Position numbers and translations under genes: made by a program
Notes under the pieces: generated by a model
The model's input: the letters and a program-made list of their open reading frames with translations, nothing else
Told to the model about the DNA's origin: nothing
The model's database searches: none
Shown: positions 63,344-64,000 of the stretch, in pieces
Position numbering within the stretch: the stretch's first letter is position 1
Layout of the letters: each line of letters opens with the position of its first letter
NCBI GenBank assembly: GCA_963708045.1
Contig: OY970181.1
Location: forward strand, 707,740-771,739
From: an uncultured bacterium
GTDB lineage: Bacteria; Patescibacteriota; Patescibacteriia; CAIQCM01
Length of the DNA: 64,000 nt
Reading direction: 5' to 3'

Positions 63344-64000
63344 ATGCACGATCCGGTTATAGACGAGATAAAACAGCGGGTAAATATTGTTGAGGTTGTT
63401 CAGGAGTATTTGCCGCTAAAGAAAGCAGGGACAAACTGGAAAGGGTTGTGTCCGTTCCACGGCGAAAAGTCGCCGTCGTTTATGGTCTCCGAAGACAGAA
63501 TGATTTTTCATTGTTTTGGCTGTGGCGAGGGTGGTGATGTTTTTGCTTTTCTTATGAAAATGGAGGGGTACGAATTCCCCGAGGTTTTAAAACTGCTCGC
63601 CGATCGCGCTGGCGTTAAATTGGAACGCCACGACCCACGAATTCAACATGAACGAAATTTACTGACCGAAATTACTGACCTTGCCTCGCGATTTTACGCC
63701 AAAGTTTTGGAAGAGTCGCCGCAGGCCGAAACCGCTCGGGAGTATTTAAAAAATCGCTCATTGAAACCGGAAACGATTAAAAATTTTGGCATTGGCTTTG
63801 CGCCCGAAGGTTGGGAAACGTTATGTAATTTTTTGGCTAAGCGCGGTTACAAAGACGAAGACATTATTAATTCGGGAATGGCCTTGCGCTCGGTAAATCG
63901 CCGCGGCATTTATGATCGTTTTAGAAAACGGGTAATGTTTACGATTAGAAATACGCACGGCCAAGTCGTTGGTTTTACCGGACGCCTACTTCCTGAAGAC
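63344..64000 (+). CDS. dnaG: DNA primase, 3'-partial (not in the ORF track)
   Basis: MHDPVIDEIKQRVNIVEVV, GLCPFHGEKSPSF, FHCFGCGEGGDVF (CHC2 finger), YDRFRKRVMF, VGFTGR. Confidence 0.96.
   Translation, partial: MHDPVIDEIKQRVNIVEVVQEYLPLKKAGTNWKGLCPFHGEKSPSFMVSEDRMIFHCFGCGEGGDVFAFLMKMEGYEFPEVLKLLADRAGVKLERHDPRIQHERNLLTEITDLASRFYAKVLEESPQAETAREYLKNRSLKPETIKNFGIGFAPEGWETLCNFLAKRGYKDEDIINSGMALRSVNRRGIYDRFRKRVMFTIRNTHGQVVGFTGRLLPED

Overview
64 kb of a bacterial chromosome, very likely Patescibacteria/CPR (inferred from gene content: many type IV pilin-like genes, a compact pilMNO-B-C-A-D locus, a stand-alone PPDK_N domain, a large VirD4-like ATPase, and AT-rich start contexts lacking Shine-Dalgarno sites). 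Core genes: GT2 and dTDP-rhamnose cluster, uppS, rarA, PBP, murF, yidC, CIRCE-hrcA-grpE-hsp20-dnaK-dnaJ, cysS, corA, era, rlmD, murJ, lepA, recJ, rnhA, type IV pilus locus, ligA, gatC/gatA, dsbA-like, the start of dnaG, tRNA-Glu(CTC) and tRNA-Ser(GGA). The non-coding DNA is the most unusual part. (1) An intact tRNA-Ser is nested inside the D-arm of a second, interrupted tRNA-Ser copy, and each is extended by a 13-bp stem. (2) A 6.3-kb island of unrelated, independently promoted genes is separated by recurring modules: a covarying 39-nt hairpin, exactly 42-bp perfect palindromes centred on CGATCG, and a shared AT-rich block; this resembles a cassette array, with no integrase visible. (3) About 14 intergenic arrays of strict 7-bp period belong to several different sequence families, are mostly inverted arm pairs and often start at the upstream stop codon. 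There is also a plant-type epimerase/reductase fused to RmlA and four major-pilin-like paralogues. Two homopolymer frameshifts (rmlB, uppS) suggest residual assembly errors. All calls were made by eye; no database searches were run.
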